From Dendrobates tinctorius (Eukaryota), in contig NW_027361688.1 of assembly GCF_039654945.1 (NCBI RefSeq), forward strand, positions 3,348,001 to 3,412,000: a stretch of DNA of 64,000 nt, in the 5' to 3' direction. The position numbers were made by a program, and so were the translations under genes. The notes below the pieces were generated by a model. That model saw only the letters and a program-made list of their open reading frames with translations. It was not told the DNA's origin and did no database searches. Of the stretch, positions 1 through 13,400 are shown piece by piece; position 1 is the first letter of the stretch, and every line of letters starts with the position of its first letter.

Positions 1-530
1 TGGCAGGGATTCTGCAGCGTCATTGCTGAGTAGCTATATAAACATACAGTATGTGATGGGAAAAATGAAAAGAGAGGTCACGGGGAAACTGAAGAAGGCT
101 GTGTCTTCCTATTTGTTTTATAATAACTAAACAACAAAAAACCATAAAGCATAAAAGAATCTGCCCTTAAAGGGGAAAAGTTTCATCCTGATCCCATGTA
201 AGCATCAAACTGGAACAACATGATCCAGAGTGCCAATCAGACCGGATGACCAACCTGGATCAGTGTCGATCAAAAAGGATATACTTTAATGATCCCAAGT
301 GTCAATCACAAGGAATCATCCAGAAAATCTTGAGTGTCGATCATAATAATCATGATCCAGAGTGTCGTTCAGACTGATTCAAAATTTGTAATCCCTAGTG
401 TGGGATCAGACAGGATCAGCATTCATGATCATGAGAGTCGATCAGACTTGATCAAACATCTATAATAGTGAGTGTTGATAATAATATTCATGAACTCAGA
501 TGTCGATAAGACTGGCCTAATATTTATGAT
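1..530 (-). promoter_or_regulatory. Paralogous copy of the AKR-A upstream region (probable third AKR gene just left of the window)
   Basis: 1-190 aligns to 27375-27540 (gattct..gtcattgct..gatgggaaaaa..gagaggtcac..gaaggctgtgtctt..aaaggggaaaagtt), followed by the same GATC-rich repeat. Confidence 0.7.
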
Positions 531-616
531 CTACACATAGAAAAAACATAAGCGTGCACAATGTAGTATAGATATAAGATACTAACCATGTGATTCCAGC
601 TTCGTCCTGGGGATTA

Positions 617-1428
617 TCGTATTTTTCAGACTATAAGACGCACCCCAAATTTTCAAAAGAAAAAATGGGGAAAGAAATTAATGCGTCAAATGAGGGTTCG
701 TCTTACTGTCCTGTATTCAGCTCACCCAGTGGGGATCGGCAGCGTTGGTGGCAGCAGGAGTCGGACAATTCTTCCAGTGGTTCAACGCTGCAGGGCGATG
801 ATCTCTCTCCCATCCCAACCTGGTGCGGATGGTGCGGTGGTGCTTGGTGATGCTGGGACTCCGGCGACATTTTGTGAAAGCCTGGAGCCTCTGCACTTCT
901 ATTGCCTTGATGCTGTGGCCTCCAGGAAAATGGCCGCCGGAGGCAGCGCATGCGCAGATTGAGATCTCGGCAACAAGATCCCATTCCGAGAACTCAGGAG
1001 ACGAGATCTTGGAGCCGAGATCTCAATCTGTGCATGCACCACCTCCAGCGGCCATTTTCCCAGAGGCCAGATTGATTCCCCGGGTGCAGATTGAGATCTC
1101 GGGAGATGAGATCTTGGAGCCGAAATCTCAATCTGCACATGCGCCCCATCCGGCAGCCATTTTCCCGGAGGCAAAAGCTTCGAGGCAATAGAAGTGCGGG
1201 GCTCCTGGCTTTCACAAAATGTTGCCGGAGCCCCCTGCACCACAGAGCACCGTCAAACTTGCCGCACCAGGCTGGGATGAGAGTGAGATCATCGCCCTGT
1301 AGCGTCGGACCACCGGAAAACTCACCTGACTCCTGCTGCCACCAAGTACATTCCGACTATAAGACGCACCCCCGTTTTCCCCCCAAATTTTGGGGGAAAA
1401 AGTGTTTCTTATAGTCTGAAAACTACGG
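617..1428. mobile_element. Tc2/Tc1-mariner-type MITE, TA TSD
   Basis: TIRs (t/c)CGTATTTTTCAGACTATAAG and CTTATAGTCTGAAAACTACGG, internally palindromic. Removing it restores the Penelope repeat seen at 9571-9603. Confidence 0.85.
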
Positions 1429-2760
1429 TATCTTATATCTATACTACATTATGCTTGCTTATGTTGTTTTTTCACCTCCTGCATTTTCGATTTCTAATTT
1501 CATGTATGTCTTAAACTTCAATAAAAAAAATATTTTTTTAATGGGCATACAATATATACTCTGTGGGTTCTCCTACTTTCCATGTGTAGTTCTATATGTT
1601 AATCAGTTCAGTCCTTGATTACTACTAACGATTGGTCTTGTGTAGTTAATTACTTTTTCTTCTGTTTTTGAACAGATTTAACCCCATTTGTCCATTATGG
1701 ACTTAAAGGCTAGGGAACAGACCTGGCCTAATAGAGCTTGTGACATTTTCAAACTGAGTGCTACTAGTAGTTCCAAAGATACCTATGACTATAAAGAAAA
1801 CACCAAAAAGTATCGTAATTTATTACACAAAATGACCCGTCTATGGTGGACCAAAACCTCCTTGGACAACTACTTTAACCAAAAGATCATCCCTAGAGGC
1901 CTTAAAATTCAGCTGTATCCCACCTTTGGCCTGGATGATGAGGTATTGATCAAAAAATGTCCTTCATTGCGATTATTAATGAAAAAAATGGGCAACTGTT
2001 GAATGAGGTTGATACCCAGATTGCTCAACTTCAAGCACAGATGTCCAAAGATTTAAAAGCCGATGAGGTTGAGAAATTCCATAAGGATGTTGACTGTGAT
2101 CTAGAAAAATGGGAAAAGGACATAAGTATGGAAAAAAATACCAGAGGGATCTAAATGATTACAAGACCAAAATCATTTCCAGATGGCAAAGAAGAGCACC
2201 AGAAGGACAAAAAACTATTTCTATGAACCCAATACCTCCCTGTCCTCAACATCAAATCATTCATCCTTTCACTGTTACTAATATGTTGGCTAGATTTGGA
2301 GGCCAAAGAAAGTACCCAAAGTACCCTAAAAATCCAGGGTTCAGGAATGAACCGCACAAGGTATTAAATTTATCCCATCATTGCCTTACTTCCATCCAAA
2401 CTAATGTTCTTGACAAAGGACTAACATTCTCTCTTGCTAAACCTTTAGATGCATTTACGGCATTAAAGGATATCCACCTGTTTGCTCGGAAACTTATTCT
2501 TAAGAGATTTCATGAGAGGTCATCCTCTGCCAATTTGTTTGAAACGGAAGAAGAACAACAAGCTTTGGCAATTTTAGAGTCCTTAGCTGATGGGAATGAG
2601 AGTTCCAAACCAACGGTGGTGAGTAATAATCCTTCCCATTTGTTTAAAAAAAAATAGAAAAAAATCCAAGTTTCACTACATGTCCGGCAGTAGATATTTT
2701 TGTTAAAATGGTCACAGCTGATATTGAAGGGTTAAAGAAGATCCCTACCTATCATACTAA

Positions 2761-5555
2761 TGGGTCACCCCCGTCCCAGGGCTGTGGGGTACTCGGTACC
2801 GGGCCAGTGTCGGTGGGATGTGTCGCGGTGGCTGTGACCCGGTCAGTGGCCCTGGGTGCCCAAATCAGTGGTTGTTTTTAATGTAGTTTATAGGAATAGT
2901 TCGTGACGCCACCTGTGGTGCTCGGCAAGTAAGATGTTAAGCCGACGCTGCAGACATATCCTCTGGGACAGATGGTGTGATGCAGCAATGGTGGTATAGC
3001 CCTCCACAGGCAGGGCTGTTGTCCCAGGGCAGTGTAGATGTTGGGACACTTTGATGGTGTAGTGTCCGGCGCAGGGGATGTGAGGAATGTTGGTACCCAG
3101 ATGTAGCAGTGCTGACGGTGTTGGCGCACAAGTGAATGGAAGACACCAGGGCTTGCAGTTCCAAAGCTTTACTCACAGTTCGTAGTGCACATTGGTGCCC
3201 GCTTCCATGCCGCGTCCTCCGGGGCAGAGACTCAATCAACCTCCCGGGCAAGTCAGGACTCTCCTCTCCAACACTCCGCCAACATGTACCTTTCCTGAAC
3301 GACTCCTCTATTGCGCCTTTTGGTGTGAAGAGCTCCAGTACCGTGGTACTCTGAAGTTCCTCCTGTCAGATGTTCCTAGAACCTTACTTGTATGACAGAC
3401 AGCTGTAGCCTGCTCAGGGATTCTCCTGGATCCCGGCTCTCTATCCGTGTTGCTGTTGTGTCCCAAGTCTTACATGGGAGTAGTGCATTTACAGCCAACT
3501 ACTCCACCGATGTCTGCTGCAGAACCATAAGTGTCCATACAACGTCGGGGACCGGGCCCCGGCCTTGCGCTGAGAACCTATAGGCAGGGTTCCTCTTCCA
3601 ACCCACAACTCCTCTCTGATCTCCTACTCCTTCGTTCCACGCTGTTCCTTCTCTCTCTTATGGAAGCTTAGGTTGCAGTTCTACGTCTTTCTCCTTCTGT
3701 TCCTTTCCCGTGCCCACTGGCTCAGATCACTGAGGCAGCTGCAGCACTTTCTCTTCTATCTCTCTTCTAGGGAGCTCGTTCCACTAAGACCAGTCCTCAG
3801 CCTCTCCTGACTGACTGTCTTCCTCCGCCTTAACCTCCCGTCAGGCTGACCTCCTGTCAGCCTGCTCTCAGACTGAACTCCAGACTGAACTCTCCTGTAA
3901 TTCTAAACCTTCCCACTCTTTTATATCTAACTCCACCCACCTCCCAGCACATCTCATGTTACGAAGCAAGGACCCACGAAAGGTGCTCTGCTACCCTCTA
4001 AGCATGGAGCCGCAATCTGGTCCTTTGCTGCACTATCCTGTGTGTGGGTGCAGGTGTTGGAGTGTGGAAAGGAGTTTCCAACTTACCTAGGTGGTGGGGC
4101 ACTACACCTTAGGAGAAGGTGCAGTCCCTCTGTGGCGACTGAACCTCAGGGGTGCCTGTTATGAATGAGTCACCGTAGGAGGCAAAAACAGAAATACTAG
4201 CTAAGTCCAGAAAACCAGAGAAGTTGGCAGCTATCGGATAGCAGACCCCTGAACCTATCAACAACAACTAGCAGTAGCCGTGGGGAATTCCTACGGTGCC
4301 CTAGACCCCTGGATCACAGCCGGAGAACTACATAGCCTAAAGACAGAAAGGGAAATCTAAACTGCCCCAGAGCAGACCCCAAAGCAATAGGCAGCCCCCA
4401 ACATATAATGACGGTGAAACAAGATGAAAAAACACTCACACAGATAGAAAGATAGGCTGAGCAAATGATGGGGCCCAAGCTAACTAGATAGGACAGGATA
4501 GAAAAGCTGCTGTCTGTAATCCTCCAAAACCCTATCAAAACAAGAGCCAACAGCTGATAGGGAAAAAAGCCCTGAAGACGCTAGGCTTCAAAAAGACTAT
4601 ATCAGTACTCAGGTATTTTCTGAAGACAGAGCAAAAAGGAATTCAGCTCGCCCCAGCAGGGAATGGCAGAAATCAAGAAAAACAATGCAAAACAAAACCA
4701 AAACACAAATGCAAAAAGTAGAGCAGAAAACTTAGCTTTTGAGGAGCCGGAATCAGACTGGTCTCCTAGAATCCCTCAGAGAGGTCACCAGCAAGGCAGA
4801 AGGGCGTCGGCTGCCTTATATCCAGTCAGTAATTCCCGTCACCCAGTCATCATCATCCTGCCCAGGTGCCTGGCAATCAGCCTCACTACCTTCCTTCACC
4901 AGAAGAGGGAGTTCTTCAGACCTCAATGGTGAAGGGGAAAATGAACTCATAACAGGCGCCACATACCCCCCCATTAAACACAGCACGTCCGCGGGCTGAA
5001 AGACAACAAAGTTGACAGCAAAGAAACATACAAAAATTTTGCAATGCATAACAAACTTTTTCTTATACTAATCTTCCTAGTATAGGAGGTACTCATTTTG
5101 AACGTTACAAACAATTCTATCTTACATTCTATCTAAAATTTTTAATTCTAAGTGCAATTCTCAATTCAAAGTGCTATTCTCTGTAACACATTTTTCTCTC
5201 TTTCTTCTAGACGCAAGACGCTGACCGCAAGTACCTGGTCCGTCACGTGTCACTTTCAATTCTTTATTCACTTCACTCATCTCTAGATCAGACATTCCTA
5301 ATTCTCTATAAAAGCCATTTCTCTGTTATCACTATTCTTATAAAACACATTATCAAATACTTTACAGTAAAACATTCAACAATTATTCTTGTAAGTGCTG
5401 GACACCGCTCCCAGACGGGATTTCTTGCAGTGTCCCTTGAGGTAGACATCATCTTCGAAAAGTGTCCATGCAAATCATCATCTTCGCAAAGAGTCCTTTT
5501 ATGTAAAGGAGAATGTGCAGTACCTCTGTGGCGACTGAGCCTCAGGGGCGCCACA
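2761..5555 (-). mobile_element. Internally deleted LTR retrotransposon, 4-bp TSD CTAA
   Basis: TG..CA ends; ctaa at 2757-2760 and 5556-5559; LTR end ctgtggcgactga.cctcaggggcgccaca present twice (~4130-4963 and ~5526-5555); purine tract on minus at ~4965. The Penelope RT frame resumes after it. Confidence 0.75.
4157..4954 (-). mobile_element. Solo LTR of the Sushi/chromovirus family found at 27975-37125, 6-bp TSD GG(T/C)GCC
   Basis: TGTTATG...CATAACA; highly similar to 27975-28794. Confidence 0.9.
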
Positions 5556-6136
5556 CTAACAGAGAGGAAGAACGGGCCATTAAAGAAATTCAAAGTTGGA
5601 TGGATGTTGCAAATAAGCGTAAATTTAGTGATTTGGCCCTACGACCTCTATGAGAAACAGGTTAATAAGCTGCTCTCAGTGAAGACCTGTTATGAAAAAT
5701 TAACGTTTAACCCTACAACGGTTTTTCAACAGGCATTGGTGGATATAATATTCCGGGCCTATGAGGCCAATATCATCCCTAAAAAACTTTTGGACACTAT
5801 AATTCAGGCTAAACCACAACTTCCAACTTTCTACCTAATTCCCAAAGTCAAAAAGGATCCTATTGACTTCCCCGGCAGACCCATCGTGTCAGGGAATGAA
5901 GATGTATGTGAGGTTACCTGTCAAACTATTGATTTTTTTTCTGAAACTTTTGGTGGCTACTCTACCCTCGTATATTAAAGACACTACTGCAGCCCTCGGC
6001 AGCCTTGATGCATTACTTCTCCAAGAGAATATGGTAATGGTCACTGCAGACATTGAAAGCTTATACACTTCCATTCGCCATAAAGACGGTTTAAATAAAA
6101 ACCGTAACATGGTTCCTTGAAGCTAGTGATTTAGAG

Positions 6137-7506
6137 CAGTGGTCCCCAACCTTTTTTGCACCAGGGACCGGCTTGAACCAAGACCATTCTTCCATGGCCC
6201 GGCAGGGCGGGGATGGAGGTGTGACAGGGGCGGGGCTTTGGTCATAAGGGGGCGGGGCTATGGACGCGGTTGTAGTTTAGCAGTGCATATTTATCATTTA
6301 ATTATAACATTTTTAATGTGACTCAACTCACCATAGGTTTTGAATGAGTGGGAGCACCTGGCTTGTTTCTCTGTTTCAGTGGGAGCACTGGGCTACTTCT
6401 ACTGATGACCGTCACTGCTAATGATGATTGGAACCTACAAGGAAATGGAGCATTGAGCACTTAAGAACAATTGTACTGGAGTACTGTACATGCTGATTAT
6501 TTTCTAATCATCAGAAAATGTATGTGTGGTCCCCCCCGTCCAGCTCTGTGTGGCTCCCCCTGTTGTATGCATGGCTCCCCTGTCCCATCCTGTATACATG
6601 GCTCTGCTCCCACTCTCCCATCCTTTATGCATGGCTCTGCTCCCACTCTCCCATCCTGTATATATGGCTCCGCTCCCATCCTCCCATCCTGTATGCATGG
6701 CTCTGCTCCCACTCTTCTATCCTGTATACATGGCTCCCCTGTCCCATCCTGTATGCATGGCTCCGCTCCCACTCTCCCGGCCTCCCTTGTATATATGGCT
6801 CCACTCCCACTCTCCCTCCCTTGTATATATGGCTCTGCTCCCACTCTCCCTCCCTTGTATATATGGCTCCGCTCCCACCCTCCCTCCCTTGTATATATGG
6901 CTCCGTTCCCACTCTCCCTCCCCTGTATATATGGCTCCGCTCCCACTCTCCCTCCCTTGTATATATGGCTCTGCTCCCACTCTCCCTCCCTTGTATATAT
7001 GGCTCCGTTCCCACTCTCCCTCCCCTGTATATATGGCTCCGCTCCCACTCTCCCTCCCCTGTATATATGGCTCCGCTCCCATTCTCCCTCCCTTATGGCT
7101 CCGCTCCCATTCTCCCTCCCTTATGGCTCCGCTCGGCTCCCCCATCCTCCCCATCATACTTACCCTCACGTTGCTGAACTTCCTTCCCGTCGCTGCACGT
7201 CCCTGCATCTCGCGGCGCTTCAGCTTCTTCCTGTGCGGAGCGGTCACATGATACCGCTCATTAAGGTCTATGAATATGGACGCCACGCCTATGGGAGATG
7301 AGTGGCGTCCATATTCATGACCTTAAATGAGCGGTAGCACGTGACCGCTCAGCGCTGGATGAAGCCGCCGCGGGATGAAGCCGCCGCGGGATGCAGGGTG
7401 AGTATCAGCTGCTGCACCGCCCCCCGGCTCCCCTTGTGTCCGCGGACCGGCAAGGGCACTGCAACGGCCCGGTGCTGGGCCGCGGACCGGCGGTTGGGGA
7501 CCCCTG
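6137..7506. mobile_element. Non-autonomous hAT (Charlie-like) element with internal 33-34-bp minisatellite, 8-bp TSD ATTTAGAG
   Basis: TIRs CAGTGGTCCCCAACC and GGTTGGGGACCCCTG; TSD at 6129-6136 and 7507-7514; repeat gtatatatggctccgctcccactctccctccc at ~6560-7130. Confidence 0.9.
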
Positions 7507-8679
7507 ATTTAGAGAGATCTCTGAATAAACTTATCTTAGAACTCTTGGAGTTCATACACACCAATAATTGTTTTATTTTAAAAAATCAGGTCTATCTACA
7601 ATTACAAGGAACCGCTATGGGGGCTGCATTTACCCCGTCTTATGCACACCTTTTTCTTGGGGCATGGAGGAGAGATAGATATTTTCCAACATAACCACCT
7701 AAACCAAATTGATAAGGTCCACAACAACTGGATATGTTATATTGATGACATATAGTTCACATGGGAGGGCACCACTGACCAACTCGACCTCTTTATGTCC
7801 ACATTAAATCAAAATGACTTGAATATTAAGCTGACTTTTTCCTTTGGCCATAAAATTAATTTTCTTGACTTAGATCTATAAGATACTTATCAACTGCACC
7901 ATTCAGACTGATGTATACCAGAAGCCTACAGCTACAAACTCACTTCTACATGCTAAATCCTCAAATCCAAAATCAACTATTGGTGGAATCCCTGTGGGTC
8001 AGCATCTGAGAATCAAACAAATTCGCTCAACCAGTGAAGCCTACAGGCATCAAGCCAGGGACCTCTATCAACACTTAGGTGAACGTGGCTATAGCCACAG
8101 ACAGATCCAGAAGGGGTATAGGACAGCTGCAAATGTATGACAGAATGATTTGCTATATAATAATAACAACAAAAAGTCTGATGGCACAGAAACCAACGGT
8201 CATCAACCAATTAGACTTATTACACAGTTTAATAACCGATGGGGCGACTTTAGGAACATTATCTTTAGGCATTGGAATGTCTTGAAAACAGATCCGGTAT
8301 TAAAATGGATACTTCTAGCTAGATCATAAATCACTGCCAAGAGATCCAAAAATCTTTGGTATCTCTTGGTGAACAGCCATTACTCACCTGGTCCGGGGTC
8401 TGCTGGCTCTGGAGCTGGAACCACTCTGGACTTTTTTCTGTGCACATTCTGTAAGGCCTGCAAGAACCTGGAAAAGAGTAAAGAATTTAGTAATTTTGAT
8501 GGTACTCGGACACTTAAAATCTTACACCGGTTAACCTGTGCATTCAAGGGTGTAATTTACCATGCCCAATGCCCGTGTAAAATGGTGTACATTGGCATGA
8601 CTACACGACGTGAACTGAAGATCCGAACCAGGGAACACATTAGGGTTTTGCCACCAAGTATTAAGTCTTATTTGCTAGA

Positions 8680-8842
8680 GGGATCAAATACTTATTTCTC
8701 ACTGCAAAATGCAAATTTATATAATTTATACAATGTGATTTTCTGGATTTATTTTTGATACTGTATCTGTCAAAGTTAAAATTAATCTACCTTTAAAATT
8801 ATAGACTGTTCATGTCTTTGTCAGTGGGCAAACTTACAAAAT
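8680..8842. mobile_element. Tc1-type terminal fragment
   Basis: caaatacttatttc...tacaatgtgattttctggattt...tgggcaaacttacaaaat resembles the reverse complement of the Tc1 terminus at 17400-17550. Confidence 0.5.
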
Positions 8843-9406
8843 TTTTAATATGCTATCTGACTTTTCCTTCCGTCCACTGTTATTTAGTACACCCTATTTG
8901 TCCACGTTTTTATTTGATTTTATCCCAGGACCTTGCATTCTTTATACTCCGGTCATTCACCATCCCCTACTGTGCGTTACACACTTATCAGGAACTTTCA
9001 AGCTGCTCATTACACCCACGTTTTTCAACGCTAATTCCCTCAATGCTGTACAAGTAACTGATTCCTATCTTCTTGTCATATTGCGCTGGACGTTATATTT
9101 TTAATCCCTGGCACTCTGGACACTTTTCTCCCCATTCTACTGCAACTCCACCTCTCATATTGCTAGTCAATATTTGATATGCTTTCTATCTGTTATGTTT
9201 TATTTGCCGTATTACTTGCACTACACTGGGGGCCGCAAACCGGTGCGTCCTTTATACATGGGTAAGAAGGACTGCGCATGCGCCGCATCATATACCAGCA
9301 CACACGCTAATTCGTTCCCTTCACACGTGATACACACGCCCCTCTCCCTTTACTCTCTGATTGGCTGCTCACCGCTTATAAACTTCACCTATCCCTCCCC
9401 CATACA

Positions 9407-9446
9407 CGCCTCCTGATGAAGATTTAGCAAAACGTGCGTTGGGGCG
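9407..9446 (+). ncRNA. Degenerate minimal type-I hammerhead ribozyme of the Penelope terminal repeat
   Basis: cgcctc-CTGATGA-agatttagc-AAAAC-gtgc-GTT-ggggcg; the GAAA box is mutated to AAAA. Confidence 0.6.
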
Positions 9447-9609
9447 GTGCGAACACTGCAAGCAGCAGGTGATACCTGCATGTGAGTCTTAATATAGTTA
9501 TTTAAGTCTCCCCTATGCGCTGTATACATGTTATGGAAGGTTTAATCATGTGATTCCAGCTTCGTCCTAGAGATTATCTGATATCTATATTATACATTAT
9601 GCATAATAC

Positions 9610-10340
9610 CAGATCATTATTCAACAGTGTGATCAACCTGGATTAACATTCATAACCTTCAGTGTCGATAGTAATCATGATCCTGAGTGTCAAATAAACC
9701 AGATTGTCAATTGGGATCACAAGTAGCGATTATACAGGATCAACATTCGTAATCCATAGTGTCGTCCAGACCAGATCAACATTCATGATCCTGACAGTTG
9801 ATCAGACCAGATCTACATTCGATCAGACCAAATCAACATTCATGATCCTGAGAATCAATCAGACCAGATCGTTATTTGGGATCACAGGTGTGATCAAACT
9901 GGATCTACATCTTAGTGTCAATCAGACTGGATCACCATCCATGATCCAAGTGTTGATCATAATATTCATGATCTCGAGTGTCAAACAGACCAGATCATTA
10001 TTTGGGATCACAAGTCTCTAACAGATTGGAACAACAGTCACGATCAAGAGTGTCATTCAGATCAGGTCATCATTTGGGATCACAAACGTCAATTAGACCA
10101 GAATAACATACATGACCTCAAGAGTCGATCAAATCAGATCTACATTCAATCAGACTGGATTACCATTCAAGATTCCAAGAGTCAATCAGGTGGCATCACA
10201 GGTGGTGTATTCAGACTGGATCTACCTTTATGATCCCTAGTGTTTTTCTCACCATCCAGGATCCAAGTGTTGATCATAATATTCTTGATCCTGAATGTCA
10301 AACGGACCTGATCATCATTTGGGATCACAAGTCTCAAACA
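9610..10340. repeat. Degenerate ~36-bp GATC-rich tandem repeat
   Basis: Consensus about gatcagactggatcaacattcatgatcccgagtgtc; continues the 190-530 block. Confidence 0.8.
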
Positions 10341-10469
10341 GTCTCAAATCATCTAAGCCGTTTTTTTAAGCTATGGACTGTGCCCGCAGTGATCCGCTCC
10401 TGATGTGATCGCACGATCACTAACTGATCTCATCTTTTGTTATTTTTTTTTATATGTCGCCCTTATAAT

Positions 10470-13400
10470 TAGTGATGAGCGAATAGTGAAATATATTGGG
10501 ATTTGGGAAATTTCTAATATCCATGTGTTCATACCGAATAACGAATCCAATGTAAGTCAATGGGAAAGCCGAATATTTTTCTGCTGGGCCCAACCAACAG
10601 GTCTAGGGGTCAGAGAAAAAAAGCTGAAATGGATGGTATAGAGTTAAAACTAAATGGGAACAGCATGGAGAAGATGCCTGCATGCCTTTCTGGTATCTGG
10701 GAATAATGTTGTCAGACTATTGCGCCAATTTTACAGATTTTTAAAAAGACCTACCAAACCAAAAACTTTTTTTTTAAAGGGAAAAATGCTAAGAAACATT
10801 TTTTCATTCATAATTACATGTAAATAACGCAAAATAAAAATACTAAAAAAAAAAAAATTCCTCCCCTTTAGCATATGTTCACTTGGAGCTTCCAGATACA
10901 CGCTTAAAGAGACCGTGAGAAGGGCAACACAATAAAAAAAATTATAATAATAATATATAGAGAGACTGAGAGTAGAAATTTGACCATTGCACAACGTACA
11001 AAGTTTTCCAAAAATTACCCCAAGCGGGCCGTATCATACACGCTGAAAGACACAGTGATGGGAGGCCTCACAATACATTTATCAGTTATTACAAGAGGTA
11101 GAGATAGGGAGTACAAGTTTCACCGAAGCACAAAGTGCAAAGGTTTCAAAAAGTACAAATCTTTAACCATGGGGTATACATAGATGAACACTAAGTACTT
11201 GTTGCAGGAGGAGGAGGAAATTTCCTCAACAAAATGGTTTTGAATTTTAAGGAATGGACGTTAAGACAACTTCCAAAACAAAAAAATTGGCCTGCATTGA
11301 CATTACGCTGCTGTCATCCATTGGGCTTACAAAGTCGGAGGAAATCCAGCCCTTGTTCAGTTTTAGAAGAGTCAGCCTGTCTGCATTTTTCATTGACAGG
11401 CATGTGCGCCTATCCCAAACTAAGAACCCGCTCAGATAACACTCTCGTGGCAAGGCATGACAACACCTCCAAGGTGTACAAGGAGAGGTCCGGCCAAATG
11501 TGGAGCTTGGAGAACCAAGAGTTAAAGGGCACTCAAGAATCAGGAAGGACGCTGGTATGGTCACTTAAGTAGCCCTTCATCATCATGGTCAACTTCTCCC
11601 TCCTCATCATAGCTAAACTCACAAATAGCCCTTGCTCATTGGACAGTCTCCTGAAAGTGGCCCAGTTGGTGGACATTAACCCCCCCTCCAGTTGCACCTG
11701 GTATTTGTGGCCCTCCCCTGTAATCCTTGTGGGTGAAAAGAGCCGGTAACTCTGCGTGCAGCGTTGTCTGAGGGTCATCTTTTTAGCAAGTCTTCCACTA
11801 CGGCTCTCTGGCATGCATGCACTGAAAATGGCACGTTTGCCTCCGACATTAGAGAAGCAAATTTCTCCTTGTACTGTGGGTCAAGAAAGGTGGACAGCCA
11901 GTATTTATTTCATGGTGGACAAAACGTCTTTCACGCAAGGTTCTTGGGAAAGGCATCTGGACATGAACTCTGCCATATGTGGCAAACTACAAAGAGTCAA
12001 ACGTTCAGTGTCCTCACCAGGAAGAACACTAACCATCCTCTCCTCCTCAACAATGCATAGCCTCCTCCTCCTTTTTAGGCCATCCATGTTGGACAACAAG
12101 AAGCTGTGATTGGGAGTTCCCTCTGTAGCGCAGAGTAAAAACTCCTGTTCCTCCTCATCTTACTCCTCCTCCTTCTCCTGTTCCTCATCATCACCCAATG
12201 TGGCCTGAGAATATTTTGTGAGGCTGGGCTGGGTGGTATCACCACTGTACACTCTTGCTCCATAGCCACCTGCTCGGCATTCAAAGCTTCCTCTTTGAGA
12301 TTCTGCTGCGGACGTTTTAATAGAAAAAGTAGCGGGATGGTTACACTAATAATAACGTCATCAGTGCTCACCATCTTGGTACAGTACTCAACGTTTTGAG
12401 GAACCTCACATAGGTCAGCAATCCACACCCACTCGGCAGTAGTTATGTGTGGGGGCTGAGTGTTACTCTGACGAGCCTTGAGAAGCTGGAATTCAGATAC
12501 TGCCCTCTGCTGCACACTAAGCCTTCCCAACGAATGGAAGCTCGAATTCCAGTGTGTGGGCAGGACACAAATCAGTTGGGGATGAGGCAAATTAAAGCAC
12601 TGCTGCAGCGAAGCTAGACCAACAAAACCCTGAGATGACTTTCGGAAATGTGCGCTGACACAGCGTACCTTGGCAAGTAGATCTGACAAGTCAGGGTGTG
12701 CTCTTAAAAAAATGGAGGATTGGCGTTCCAGCTCATCAAAAGCTTGAAATCTTTATTAATCCATAGGTAAAATACAATGATAGAAAAAACTCCTCTAATG
12801 TGGATCAAAGCAGGATGAAAGGAGGTATAAAGCGACGCGTTTTGATCTCCATGTAGATCTACATGTAGCTCTTTATCAAAGCTTTGATAAATCCTCCATT
12901 TTTCTTTTATGCATTCCACATCCTGTCAAGATGGAGTTTCGTGCACCAGTGTGGTTATCGGTGAGCTGGCTATGGCTTTCAGACTTTTCTTTTCCGTTGC
13001 TTATGTTTTTAAAAACCGCTGTACAACCAAGTTCAGCACATGGACCATGCATGGAACGTGTAGCAGCTTGCCGAGCTTTAAAGCCACCACCAAGTTACGC
13101 CCACTAATGCACACAACCAATTCTGGTTGGAGGTTCAGCAGGGAGAGCCACTGATCGGTCTGCTCTTTTACCCCTTTCAACAGCTCGGCTGTGTTGTGAT
13201 CTTTATCACCTAAACAGCTGAGCTTCAGCAGAGCATGCTGCCGCTTAACCAAGGCAGTGCTGCAGACTTCACCGCTGGGGAGTGATGGGGAGGTTAGTTC
13301 CACTGAGGATGAGGAGGAGGAGAGACAGGAACCCTGATGGAAGTTGGGGCCACTATTTTTGGTGTGGGTAAGATGTGTGATGTCACAGCCTCTGACTCTG

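Larger units (their letters stand above)
535..9603 (+). mobile_element. Penelope-like retroelement (RT + GIY-YIG), disrupted, with nested inserts
   Basis: ORF fragments: KVLNLS..VLDKGLTF (2357-2430); PTFYLIPK..PGRPIVS, LPSYIKDT, TADIESLYTSI (5820-6075); QGTAMGAAFTPSYA (7600-7650); YIDD (~7738); GVIYHAQCPCKMVYIGMT (8550-8600). Direct repeat catgtgattccagcttcgtcct at ~587 and ~9547; 535-582 is an inverted copy of 1428-1473, typical pseudo-LTR architecture. Confidence 0.88.

Noticed and set aside
6471-7301. Several long overlapping ORFs (up to 276 aa)
   Set aside because: Translations of the 33-34-bp minisatellite inside a hAT element
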